In this document: one piece after another, positions 10,901-19,295 of the stretch | Layout: each line of letters starts with the position of its first letter | Numbering within the stretch: position 1 is the stretch's first letter | DNA from: Takakia lepidozioides | Lineage: Eukaryota > Plantae > Bryophyta | NCBI GenBank assembly: GCA_030704615.1 | Contig: JAKLZA010000038.1 | Span: forward strand, 1 to 25,000 | Direction of reading: 5' to 3' | DNA: 25,000 bases | The notes under the pieces: model-generated | What the model saw: the letters and a program-made list of their open reading frames with translations, nothing else | What the model was told of the DNA's origin: nothing | Databases searched by the model: none | Translations under genes and position numbers: made by a program

Positions 10901-12153
10901 TGTGAGGTTTTGGCTAAATGCTCGGCTAGATGGGCTGCTTGGGAAAAGGCTGGGATCTCTTTGGTCAAGGATGTGTGGTCTGCCTCTGGTCTGGTCCCCC
11001 GGGAGCATTGGACAGGTAAAGTCCATCATATCTCTCTTATGACTGGTTGGCATTTTATTGCGACTGCCGTGACCCTGAGATGGTCTTCCCTCCTTACTTA
11101 GGGTAGAGATCAGTGGCAAACACCTGCCTGGAGGGGCTGCCTGGCTGGCATTCCTGTGAGTGCTATGTATGTTTCTGAGATCTGCAACAATGTGGCCATT
11201 GGTGTGGGTTTCGCTGCCAACTTGCTGGGCTCCTTGGTCTCCTTGGGTTACATGACTTGTCAGTTTGACTCCACTTTTGCGATCAGAGTCATTGATTCAG
11301 CTAGCACAATCAACCCTATTTACAATGGAGCAAGCACCATTCAACAATGGGGAGCTGCAATTTCAGTGTTTTGGTTTCTTAACATCCCCTTGGCACAGCT
11401 TCAATGGGACCCGGGAGAATGGACTTGGTGTGTGCAGGATAATACCAAGCCGTTTTTTGCTTACACTGCAAAATTAGGTTATAAGATCCTTCTCAATCCC
11501 TATCCCATTACTGCTAAGCTTTCTGCTAAATGGGCTCCCATCGTGGTTCCAGAAGTTGCTTGCATTTGGGTGGATGTTTGGAGAAAGCAACGGGCGGCAA
11601 AGGTTTCTGCCTTCTTGTGGAAATTGTGCAATCTTATCCTCCCTCTTTTCCTTTTCTCAACTGCCCCCTGATAATATTTGCAGATCTTGCAACTCTGGAG
11701 AGCCTGAGTCAATTCAACATTGCTTCATGACTTGTCCATTTGCTTCCTTATCTAGTTTAAGATTCATTCCCTATATGCTAACTGGCACAGCTTTGATCAC
11801 CAGGATCCCCTATTAATTCTGCTCAACTCTTCTTCTTCTTCCTGGGTTTCCTGTCAAGTTTGGGTGGCTCTCCGTGGCCTTGGCCCTTGGCATATTGGAA
11901 GAGCCGGTGTGCCTTCTTTTTTGATCATAAGCCAATCTGTGCCAAAGCCTCTTTGGCAGCCATCTTCTACGACTTATTGATTGAGGGTCGAAGACTTTGG
12001 GATGGGTTGCTGGTTTCAGTTGGCAGATGCTCTGAGGAGCGGGGGGCTACCCTTCTCTCGGAATTTGATGCCCAATGGGGGCACTCTGGACTTTTATGTG
12101 ACAGACAGGGAGAAAGAGTTCGGTGGGCACCCGGACCTCCAATCGACTGGTGA
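7929..12153 (+). pseudogene. LINE ORF2 (AP endonuclease, reverse transcriptase, zf-RVT), with stops and frameshifts
   Basis: EN: SWNIRGL, LLQEHK, INVYA, ILAGDFN, ARLNRFY, DH. RT: KSPGIDG, NYRPITLLNVSYKIIAK, LDFEKAFDRINW, IRQGCPLSPFLF, YADD. zf-RVT: KVSAFLWK...CRSC...ESIQHCFMTC. No RNase H seen. In-frame stops at about 8532, 10541 and 11099. Confidence 0.95.
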
Positions 12154-12280
12154 GTCTCCCAATCACTGGGCTTCTCCAGCAGAGGTGGAGGATCGCGACA
12201 TCAATTGGCGCCATAGGAAGAATCAAGAATCTAGTGTTAGAGCTCATCTGAATTTCGAGCCCCTTAGGGCAAAGCGTTGA
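12154..12280 (+). CDS. Candidate short LINE ORF3 peptide (ESPNHWASPAEVEDRDINWRHRKNQESSVRAHLNFEPLRAKR)
   Basis: +1 frame relative to ORF2, open from 11981. 14 of 28 residues are identical to the peptide at 14011-14094, and 9 of those 14 use different synonymous codons. Start codon unresolved. Confidence 0.55.
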
Positions 12281-12470
12281 ATTCATTATGTTTTTTTTTT
12301 TTTTTTACGGCCTCAGGATGTTGGCTCTGGTCTTTCATTGCTTGCAGGCCTGGTCTCCTGCCTTGCCACTGGGTTGGTTTCATGTTTTGACCTGGTTTTG
12401 TTTCCTGGCCTTCCTCTCTGTTCCTACAACATAGGAAGTTGGGCTGGTTCTTCAGACTCCAGCAGCTCGC

Positions 12471-12955
12471 TGGTATTTAGTTAGCCCTGTTGGATATGGT
12501 TGGATCTTTTGTTTTTGTCTCATTAGTGTTTTGCCACTCTCTTCTCGGCTGCACTACTCTGGGCAGACAGGCAGCTCTTTGCCTTTGGTCTTTTTTAGCT
12601 TATCTTTTGTTCTTTCCTGCAGTATCCTAGCGCATGGCTTCCTAACTTCTCAAGGCTCCTGAATTTTTAAATCCAGAAGCTTGCCCTTGTGGGCCTGGTA
12701 GGGTGTAACCCAATCTGGTTGGTATTTAGTTAGCCCTGTTGGTCCAGGTTGGATCTTATGTTTTTGCCTCTTTAGTGCTTTGCCACTTGGTTCTTGGCTG
12801 CACTTCTCTGGGCAGATTGGCAGCTCTTTGCCTCTGGCCTGTTTTTAGTTCTCTCCTGCAATATCCTAGAGCATGGCTTCCTGACTTCTCAGGGCTCCTT
12901 GATTTCTTAGTTAAAACGCTTGCCCTTGTGGGCCTGGTAGGGTGTTACCCAATCT
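12471..12955 (+). repeat. Diverged tandem duplication (~245 + ~236 bp) in the LINE 3' UTR
   Basis: TGGTATTTAGTTAGCCCTGTTGG ... GCTTGCCCTTGTGGGCCTGGTAGGGTGT(A/T)ACCCAATCT occurs at 12471-12716 and again at 12720-12955, with substitutions and one indel. Confidence 0.95.
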
Positions 12956-13048
12956 ACAATGATGTAAGCCTTATGGCCTTCTGTCCTGGTTATTTTTTCC
13001 AGGATTCCCCCCCTTTTTTAATACGATTTACAGGGCTTCCTCCCCTGT
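12937..13048 (+). other. Conserved multi-hairpin RNA element at the LINE 3' end
   Basis: Hairpins GGGT-GTT-ACCC, GCC-TTAT-GGC, TCCTGG-TTATTTTTT-CCAGGA (12984-13004) and ACAGGG...CCCTGT (13030-13048). Counterparts occur in the same order at 14414-14532 with compensatory changes. Confidence 0.7.
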
Positions 13049-13829
13049 TTGCTGTAAAAAAAAGAAAGAAAAAAGAAAAAAGAAGAAGATTGCAATATAG
13101 AAAAAAAAATCTAGTATCACTATTGCTAGTGTATTGAAAAATGTTTGAATTGGTGCACCCACAAACTCAATAGATCACTTTCAACATGTATTGATTTCAA
13201 TCGAAGTCAATACCAAATTCCAAGCGTAGTCACCCCACTATTTTGAGATCACCGGAATGTGTAGATCATTCAAACCGCTGTAGTTCTGTAGCTCAAGTGA
13301 GCAACTTTGAACTCTTCTCTTCCTGGTCAATATAACTTATAGCCGGTCTTTCCATATAGTGGATGCCCTCTATGCTATCTACGCTTCGGTGCTAATAAGA
13401 GGGGGTTGGTAGAATGTGAGCACACCGGTGAGCACAGGAAAACGTAGGTGTGAGCACAAAAACACAGCAATAGGGTACACATGTTTCCACGGAAATAGAA
13501 TTATCGCGAATAGGGTCCCGGAACAGCAAAAATATTAGTTGTGTGCCTATTTCTGTGCCTATCTCTGTCCCTAATTATGTCCCTAAACCCTAATGAAAAT
13601 AGGTATCCGTAATGTATATCTACAAACTCCAAGTTCCAAATATCTACATGTATGGTATCCTACCCAAAAAACACATTGGGAACAACAAACTCATAATAAC
13701 CAACACTATACAAGACACCCAAAAAACAAACAATTATTGAATGACTTAATATAATGAGGCAAACAACGGGATTCGGGATTCGGGATTCCTTAAATCCAAT
13801 GTCTATTTTTTAAAAACACTACCGAAATA

Positions 13830-14548
13830 AACCTGCTTAGTGAGGGAAGAAAAGCATGGGGAATCATGTTTGCAGCTGTTTCCAGAACTTCTGAACAAAG
13901 CGGGCGCAAGCTCCTCGATCGTTTTCTGCAGTCTTGGGGCAAAGACGACACTCTCGGCACCTATCAGCTTCCTGTCAGCTGGAAAAGCTCCATCCCCTGC
14001 GCATGGGATGTCCCCTGGTGAAGGGGAGGATGGTGATTTCAACTGGAGGCATAAGAAGGCGCGTACAACAAAGTTGAGGACTCAACTTCGTTTTTAGCTC
14101 AAGCTTGTCCAACTTCTTTAGGATGAGCTTTCTTTCTGGTTTTAGTTGTTTCTCTTACTCTGCCACTTTAGGATCATCTCGCTGCCTGGCTGTTTCCAGC
14201 CAGTTGTAGGATAACTCTCTCTTGGTTCAATATTCAGATCCATCTATCAGTTTAGAAAGACCAACCTTTCAGGCTTCTCGTTTTTCCACCTTGCAACGGG
14301 CCCTCATCCGCGAGGTTTTTCACAACCACCTTTACCCTTATCCTCGCTGTTCTCCAGCTCAAATCCCTGCTCGTCTCCTGCTTTTTCTATACAGCTAGTT
14401 TGCTCGGGCACTATGGGGATGTTCCCCCACGGTTAGCCTTCACGGCCTCCCTAGGTGGTTATTTTTTCCACCTTTTGTGACCTTTATTTTTTTTAATTAA
14501 TTTGAGTAAAAGGGCCTCCGACAGTCCCCTTTATTTAAAAAAAAAAAA
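13830..14548 (+). mobile_element. 5'-truncated LINE, a diverged relative of the 4529-13087 element
   Basis: Frame from 13833 reads LLSEGRKAWGIMFAAVSRTSEQSGRKLLDRFLQSWGKDDTLGTYQLPVSWKSSIPCAW, which aligns with the ORF2 end LLIEGRRLWDGLLVSVGRCSEERGATLLSEFDAQWGHSGLLCDRQGERVRWAPGPPIDW. Shared 3' hairpins. Poly(A) at 14537-14548. Confidence 0.9.
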
Positions 14549-15678
14549 CATTGCATCGCTAAAATCAATTAGGGAAGAAATCTCAATGCAATGACCTGCT
14601 AGAAAACCCCACGCCGAGTCCATCTTCGCGCTCATATCTTTCACCTGCCAAACAATTGCGCGCATCAAAGAAGACAACCTCCTCCTTCCAATCTCCCGGC
14701 AAATGTTGCAATTTACACCAGGTCCCCTGGATTCCACTGAGAATCGAAGGCACGCACATTCTACTTCTTAAGCATTAAGTTTGGGGTTAATATGAGGAAC
14801 TGTATCCATTTTAGCTGGGGCAATTATACTCCGGCCAGAGGGGTAAGAAGATTCGAACCCAAGGGCAGCTGCTGTATAGCCCAGTGGGAAGTGCCGTTAG
14901 GGTTTGGGGCGTGAGTAGCAACCCCTAATATGGTCACACGAGGGTTTGCTAGCCATGAGAAGCGACGCGAGCTCCATGTCTGCACTGATCGTTAGGCCGG
15001 TACGTGAGCCATGCTTGCATCCACACTAGACTCTGATTAGGGAAAGAGCAGACATTGCAGTGCAGGCCAGCACGTCCGTAGGCAGGAGGAGGTTGAAGCA
15101 GATCGGGACCACACAAGAGCAGACCTGCATCATCAGCAAAGCTTCATACATTGCGGGATCATGGAAAAGACCGTGTCCGCCTAGCATGTGTGCCTTTTCC
15201 TGCAAACTAGCGTGGGTCACTCATGGCCTTGGGTTGCTTAAGACATTGACTCACATTTAGAGATAGAGATCTCACAGTGATAAGCAGGCATCCGGGAGAG
15301 AGTGCGAGAGAGTGCTGGTTGACTGTGCCCGGCAAATGTGTGTTGTGAGAAAACCTTGATTCCATTGTCTACACGGGATAGTGACCATCGTGGAGTGGGG
15401 GGAGGGATTTGAATAAACCAGGGTTTTCTGTGTGCGTGTGCGTGTGTGTGTCCGAGGGAAAGGTAGAGCTATATTCATGGACTGTGCATAGTGAAGGGAA
15501 GTCTGAGGCGATACTCCTGGCAGATACTAGCTTGGTCCGGTGTTGGCGAACAGTCATGTCTTGTTCTCATCGACTGTGACTAGAGTTTTTGGCAAATAAT
15601 TTCCGCAGGATAGGAGGCCTGTTAGAACCAAGGGGTCGCCAATCTACCAGGTATCACACACACGAGGTGCAGTGCATA

Positions 15679-18600
15679 ATGTACGGGGGGCGATCATCGA
15701 GGAACGCGATGAGGGAGCGCGAGGCCTCAACTCATCATTTGGGCTCATCTCGAAGACACAACTTTACAAATTCGGAGAGGAGTGGCAGAGAACCCTATGC
15801 AGATCAGTATCCTAGAGACCATGGATACAGACAGGAGAGAGAAAGCCGAGTGGAAGAGTTAGGAGGCAAAGTCCGTGGTGACCACCAAGCAGGTCTTAGC
15901 AGTGACGTGACAATTAGAGAGGGAAGGGATGCGGGCGGGCTGTCAAAAGGTCGGAGGTCCAGGGATGATGAAAGGGGAAAAAGGAGTCGTTCAATTCCAG
16001 GAGACCACCACTTTGACCGTAGCCGTGGCTACAGTTATGGGTTTGATCGAGAGAGAAACCTTCCCGGTTTGGGTGGACAGAGTGTGCTTCGCGGCCGTTC
16101 ATCCGAGCCCCTTGAGAACAGCAGTTATCTCAAGGTAGCGGGTCTTATCTGTGATAGCAACAAGCGCGAAATCAACGATTGCTTCTGTCGCAGTGGGGTT
16201 TTCCATTTAAAGGTGGACAGAGTGCACCCTCGAATCTTGAGTCGGTTGTGTGAGGGAACCGACATTTTCTTATACGATCACCATTCAAGGGAGCTCCATG
16301 GATTGTTTGAGGTGGCAACCAGCGCTATGCTTCCTGATGGCTATGAAGGCTCGTACAATCAGTTTGCCGAGCAGGTATGTGTTCGTGTTTCACAGGAGTG
16401 TCTGCCTCTCCCGGAGCGGGAGTTTAAGGAAGCAATTGGAGAGAAGCATGACAGCTCTACCAATTTCAGCCGCGTTCTAACAAAAGATCAAGTGTCAAAC
16501 CTTCTCGAACTTTTCCGACCACTTTCTCGCGTCCCAAGAGGTGGCATAGACACACATCGGAACCCTCAGGTCCAACGCATTACAGGTAGCAGTCAGTCTG
16601 AGGGGCGGAATCGGGATATGATGAACACGGATAACTACTTAAATAGATCCAGCACATTCACTGATGAGTATCAGTCTGAAGCCAGACAAGAGGACTTTCG
16701 AAGAGGAGCCCGAAACTCTGACACACATAACTCCTCAAGAACCCGTCAGAGGAAGGACTGGATAGAGGAGGAAGATGAGCACAGCTCAGAAGATGATACC
16801 ACAGCAGCAACGCCACCGCCTACTGACAGTTACTCGAGGTTGCCGGCCACTTACCAACAGGTGAATAAAACAGAGGCAAGTTACCTTCCCTCAAGGAATT
16901 TTAGTGCAGGCAGAACAGGTCGTGCCACTGTTGGCAATGGTGGCGGTGCTGAGGGCAAGGAGTTTGAAAGGGAATGGAGTGGTGAGTGGGATGCTACAAG
17001 TTATGGGAGAAAGAGAGCCAGGGGCACTTCCTATGTGGACATGCCATCAAAAAGGAGTGCACGGGAGATCACGCCCCCCAGAGAATCCAGACGTGCACCT
17101 GCCCAGATTGTGACTGGACAGGTGTATGGGAGCTTCACTGAGGAAGTTGAGTCAAGCTATGAGAAGAAAGACAGAGGGAGAGGTGGGCGCTATATAGATT
17201 TGTTAGTCAGGAATGAGTCTGAAAGGGATCGGCGTGAGATCGCATCCCTTGGCCATTTCAGGCGCCCCCTCTCCCCAACAGTCACAAGGCGATCACATGA
17301 GAGGGGGGATGAAGAAGTAGAGGTTTACAGTGATGTGGAGGAAGAGGAAGAGGAAGAGGCCATTGCGGTGCAGAGTCATCTGGACCACCATTTTAAATCG
17401 TCCTATAAGCATCCAGATGTCACCACCGTGTTTGACCACCCCCAGCAGGACCTTCTCTTGAATAATCAAGTGAGGTCATTTGAGAATGGGATTGTTAGGG
17501 AAAGATCTGGGAAGAAAGTGCACTCTTGGTCGGGTAGAAGAGAGTATGCAAGCCTCCCCACAAATGCAAGAGTATTTTATTCTCAGCAAGAAGCTTCAGG
17601 TTTCATTCCCAAGGCTGTGTCAAAAGATGGTTATGCAGTGGACTATAATGAGCATGCTTGCATGGTTCCCCAGCATGCTGTAGAGAATGGCCAGCTGCGC
17701 GCTGCCCATACCTTGATCTCACATGTTGACCCAAACTTCCGCAGTTCCAAAAATTTTCAACCCCAGGGAAGTTTGACAGTTACTGTCCGTAATGATATCC
17801 GACGACACAATGTATCTAACCTGCTGAAAAGGCATACTTCAGTCCAAGATAGAATTGGTCCACCAGCAGTTCCTGCTAGACCAATGAAGGGTTTCATTGG
17901 AGCGAGGGAGGTTCAGGACCCCTCCTTCCAAGTCACGCTTTCTGGCAATCTCAAGAGGACCGTGAAGGTCCATGAAACAGAGACCAGCAAGGATCTGGAC
18001 GTAGTGGACAGATCCTATGCATGGGAGCCGAGCCGTTCTGTTCGAGGTGTGTCAGCAGAATCTACTGAAGACCCCTTGGAGGATCAGGTTCACCCAAGTG
18101 GCAAGAGGAAGAGTGCATTCCTGCGTCTTTCAAAACCTCATGACACTAGGAATCAAAGTCTTGATGGCAGATTGAGTAGGCCAGTCTTCAGTCGACTGGG
18201 AACAAGAATTTTACCTCGTTCAAGTGCCAAGGCTTATGCTGTCCCTGAAAACAGAGCCTTCTCAAAGAAACTGAGGAAGGGCACGGTTTACAACAAGGAT
18301 ATGGATGAATTAGAACTGGCCGGGCAAGAAGAGAGGGCAAACCGGATCTTTGGTGAGGAGGATTTGCCAGGTGTGGATGGAGTGAATGTGGACTTCAAGG
18401 ATGGGGCTTTTGTGGTGGATTTCATGGGGCCAAGTTTTGGAAGAAGGTCTCTTCGAGGTAAGAAGGATGCTGAATGTGCTGGGAGTGGAGAAGAAATTGG
18501 GTGCCTCTCTGAGAGGGAGAATGGGCATGGCCAGATTGGTAACCGTAGAAAGCTCGTTCGACCTTCAATCAACAGGGGTATTCAATCTTCAAATGAAAAA

Positions 18601-18729
18601 GCAGAGCAGCAAAACTGTAATGCAGATAATGAGCCCGACAATATAGACAGATTGCCAGCAAACCCCACTCCTTCAGGCATGGAGATTGAATCTTCAACAC
18701 AAGCGCCCTTGGAGTTGCCAGCGGTGTAA
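15679..18729 (+). CDS. DCD (Development and Cell Death) domain-containing protein, about 1016 aa, apparently one coding exon
   Basis: Uninterrupted ORF (frame open from 15589, first ATG 15679, plausible acceptor TTCCGCAG ending 15608). About 16135-16520 reads AGLIC..N...DCF...VFHL...EGTDIFLYDHHSRELHGLFEVAT...FAEQV.VR...CLPLPEREFKEAI...F...LTKDQVSNLLELF, the DCD pattern. The rest is low-complexity R/S/E/D-rich sequence with a basic RRKLVRP motif. Confidence 0.88.
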   Translation: MYGGRSSRNAMREREASTHHLGSSRRHNFTNSERSGREPYADQYPRDHGYRQERESRVEELGGKVRGDHQAGLSSDVTIREGRDAGGLSKGRRSRDDERGKRSRSIPGDHHFDRSRGYSYGFDRERNLPGLGGQSVLRGRSSEPLENSSYLKVAGLICDSNKREINDCFCRSGVFHLKVDRVHPRILSRLCEGTDIFLYDHHSRELHGLFEVATSAMLPDGYEGSYNQFAEQVCVRVSQECLPLPEREFKEAIGEKHDSSTNFSRVLTKDQVSNLLELFRPLSRVPRGGIDTHRNPQVQRITGSSQSEGRNRDMMNTDNYLNRSSTFTDEYQSEARQEDFRRGARNSDTHNSSRTRQRKDWIEEEDEHSSEDDTTAATPPPTDSYSRLPATYQQVNKTEASYLPSRNFSAGRTGRATVGNGGGAEGKEFEREWSGEWDATSYGRKRARGTSYVDMPSKRSAREITPPRESRRAPAQIVTGQVYGSFTEEVESSYEKKDRGRGGRYIDLLVRNESERDRREIASLGHFRRPLSPTVTRRSHERGDEEVEVYSDVEEEEEEEAIAVQSHLDHHFKSSYKHPDVTTVFDHPQQDLLLNNQVRSFENGIVRERSGKKVHSWSGRREYASLPTNARVFYSQQEASGFIPKAVSKDGYAVDYNEHACMVPQHAVENGQLRAAHTLISHVDPNFRSSKNFQPQGSLTVTVRNDIRRHNVSNLLKRHTSVQDRIGPPAVPARPMKGFIGAREVQDPSFQVTLSGNLKRTVKVHETETSKDLDVVDRSYAWEPSRSVRGVSAESTEDPLEDQVHPSGKRKSAFLRLSKPHDTRNQSLDGRLSRPVFSRLGTRILPRSSAKAYAVPENRAFSKKLRKGTVYNKDMDELELAGQEERANRIFGEEDLPGVDGVNVDFKDGAFVVDFMGPSFGRRSLRGKKDAECAGSGEEIGCLSERENGHGQIGNRRKLVRPSINRGIQSSNEKAEQQNCNADNEPDNIDRLPANPTPSGMEIESSTQAPLELPAV

Positions 18730-19117
18730 CCATTGTCCACTGCCAAAGAGAGGAAGAACCATCAAGAGATGAGTTCTATGGGTGAGGAGCACATGGCTTT
18801 AGCTGAAATGTGAGGCATACATGTGGCAAGGCTGTCATATTGTGACAAAACCGAGTTCAATCCCAATCTTGTTGAGTGATTACAGAACTCCTGTTTCCCA
18901 GAGTGTGGCAGGCGAGCAAATTCACTTAATGCTTTTTGACACTTGACGGGATTGGGTTGAAGTAGTTTTCTCTTAATCACATTTTCTTTTCCATGGAGGG
19001 TTTTTAGGGGTGGGGGTTAGGGTTGGCATGTACAGAGGTAGTGTTGCATACCTGTATATACATGCCATATTTGAAAGGTCACGCAAATGGCCAAAGTACA
19101 CAGGTATGAAGCTGGGG

Positions 19118-19295
19118 ATGTCTATTTGTCAAACATTCAGTGTGTAGAGTGGTTGGCCTTCAGGGGTAGTGGGGCTCAGATGTTCGTAACATAATTCAGG
19201 TGCAGCATGTCTATTCGTCAAACATTCGGCGTGGAGAGTGGTTGGCCTTGAGTGGTAGTGGGGCTCAGATGGTCCTGACATTACTTAAGGTGCAG
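19118..19295. repeat. Tandem duplication, 2 x 89 bp
   Basis: ATGTCTATT(T/C)GTCAAACATTC...GAGTGGTTGGCCTT...GGTAGTGGGGCTCAGATG...AGGTGCAG at 19118-19206 and 19207-19295. Confidence 0.92.

Larger units (their letters stand above)
4529..13087 (+). mobile_element. Near full-length non-LTR retrotransposon (LINE, L1/Tx1-like), disrupted
   Basis: ~0.9 kb pyrimidine-rich leader, ORF1 with CCHC zinc knuckle, ORF2 with AP-endonuclease, RT and zf-RVT motifs, ~0.8 kb 3' UTR and an A-rich tail from 13056. The 5' boundary is approximate, placed at the compositional shift. No clean TSD found. Confidence 0.95.

Noticed and set aside
12739-13137. 132-aa hydrophobic ORF in the LINE 3' UTR
   Set aside because: TTG start, runs through the A tail, the frame is broken in the duplicate unit, and it has no counterpart in the second LINE. 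Explained by T-rich composition.
4513-13142. GTATTGAAAAAT at 4513-4524 and 13131-13142 as the LINE TSD
   Set aside because: The right copy lies about 43 bp beyond the A-rich tail, and both flanks are rich in TATTG motifs. More likely sub-repeats of the host sequence.
13767-13788. (CGGGATT)x3 micro-repeat
   Set aside because: Simple short tandem repeat with no further structure.
14850-14860. GATTCGAACCC, a tRNA T-loop/B-box on the minus strand
   Set aside because: No T-stem pairing or cloverleaf around it.
16372-16380. Donor-like CAG|GTATGT inside the DCD ORF
   Set aside because: The DCD pattern continues in frame directly afterwards, so no intron is needed.
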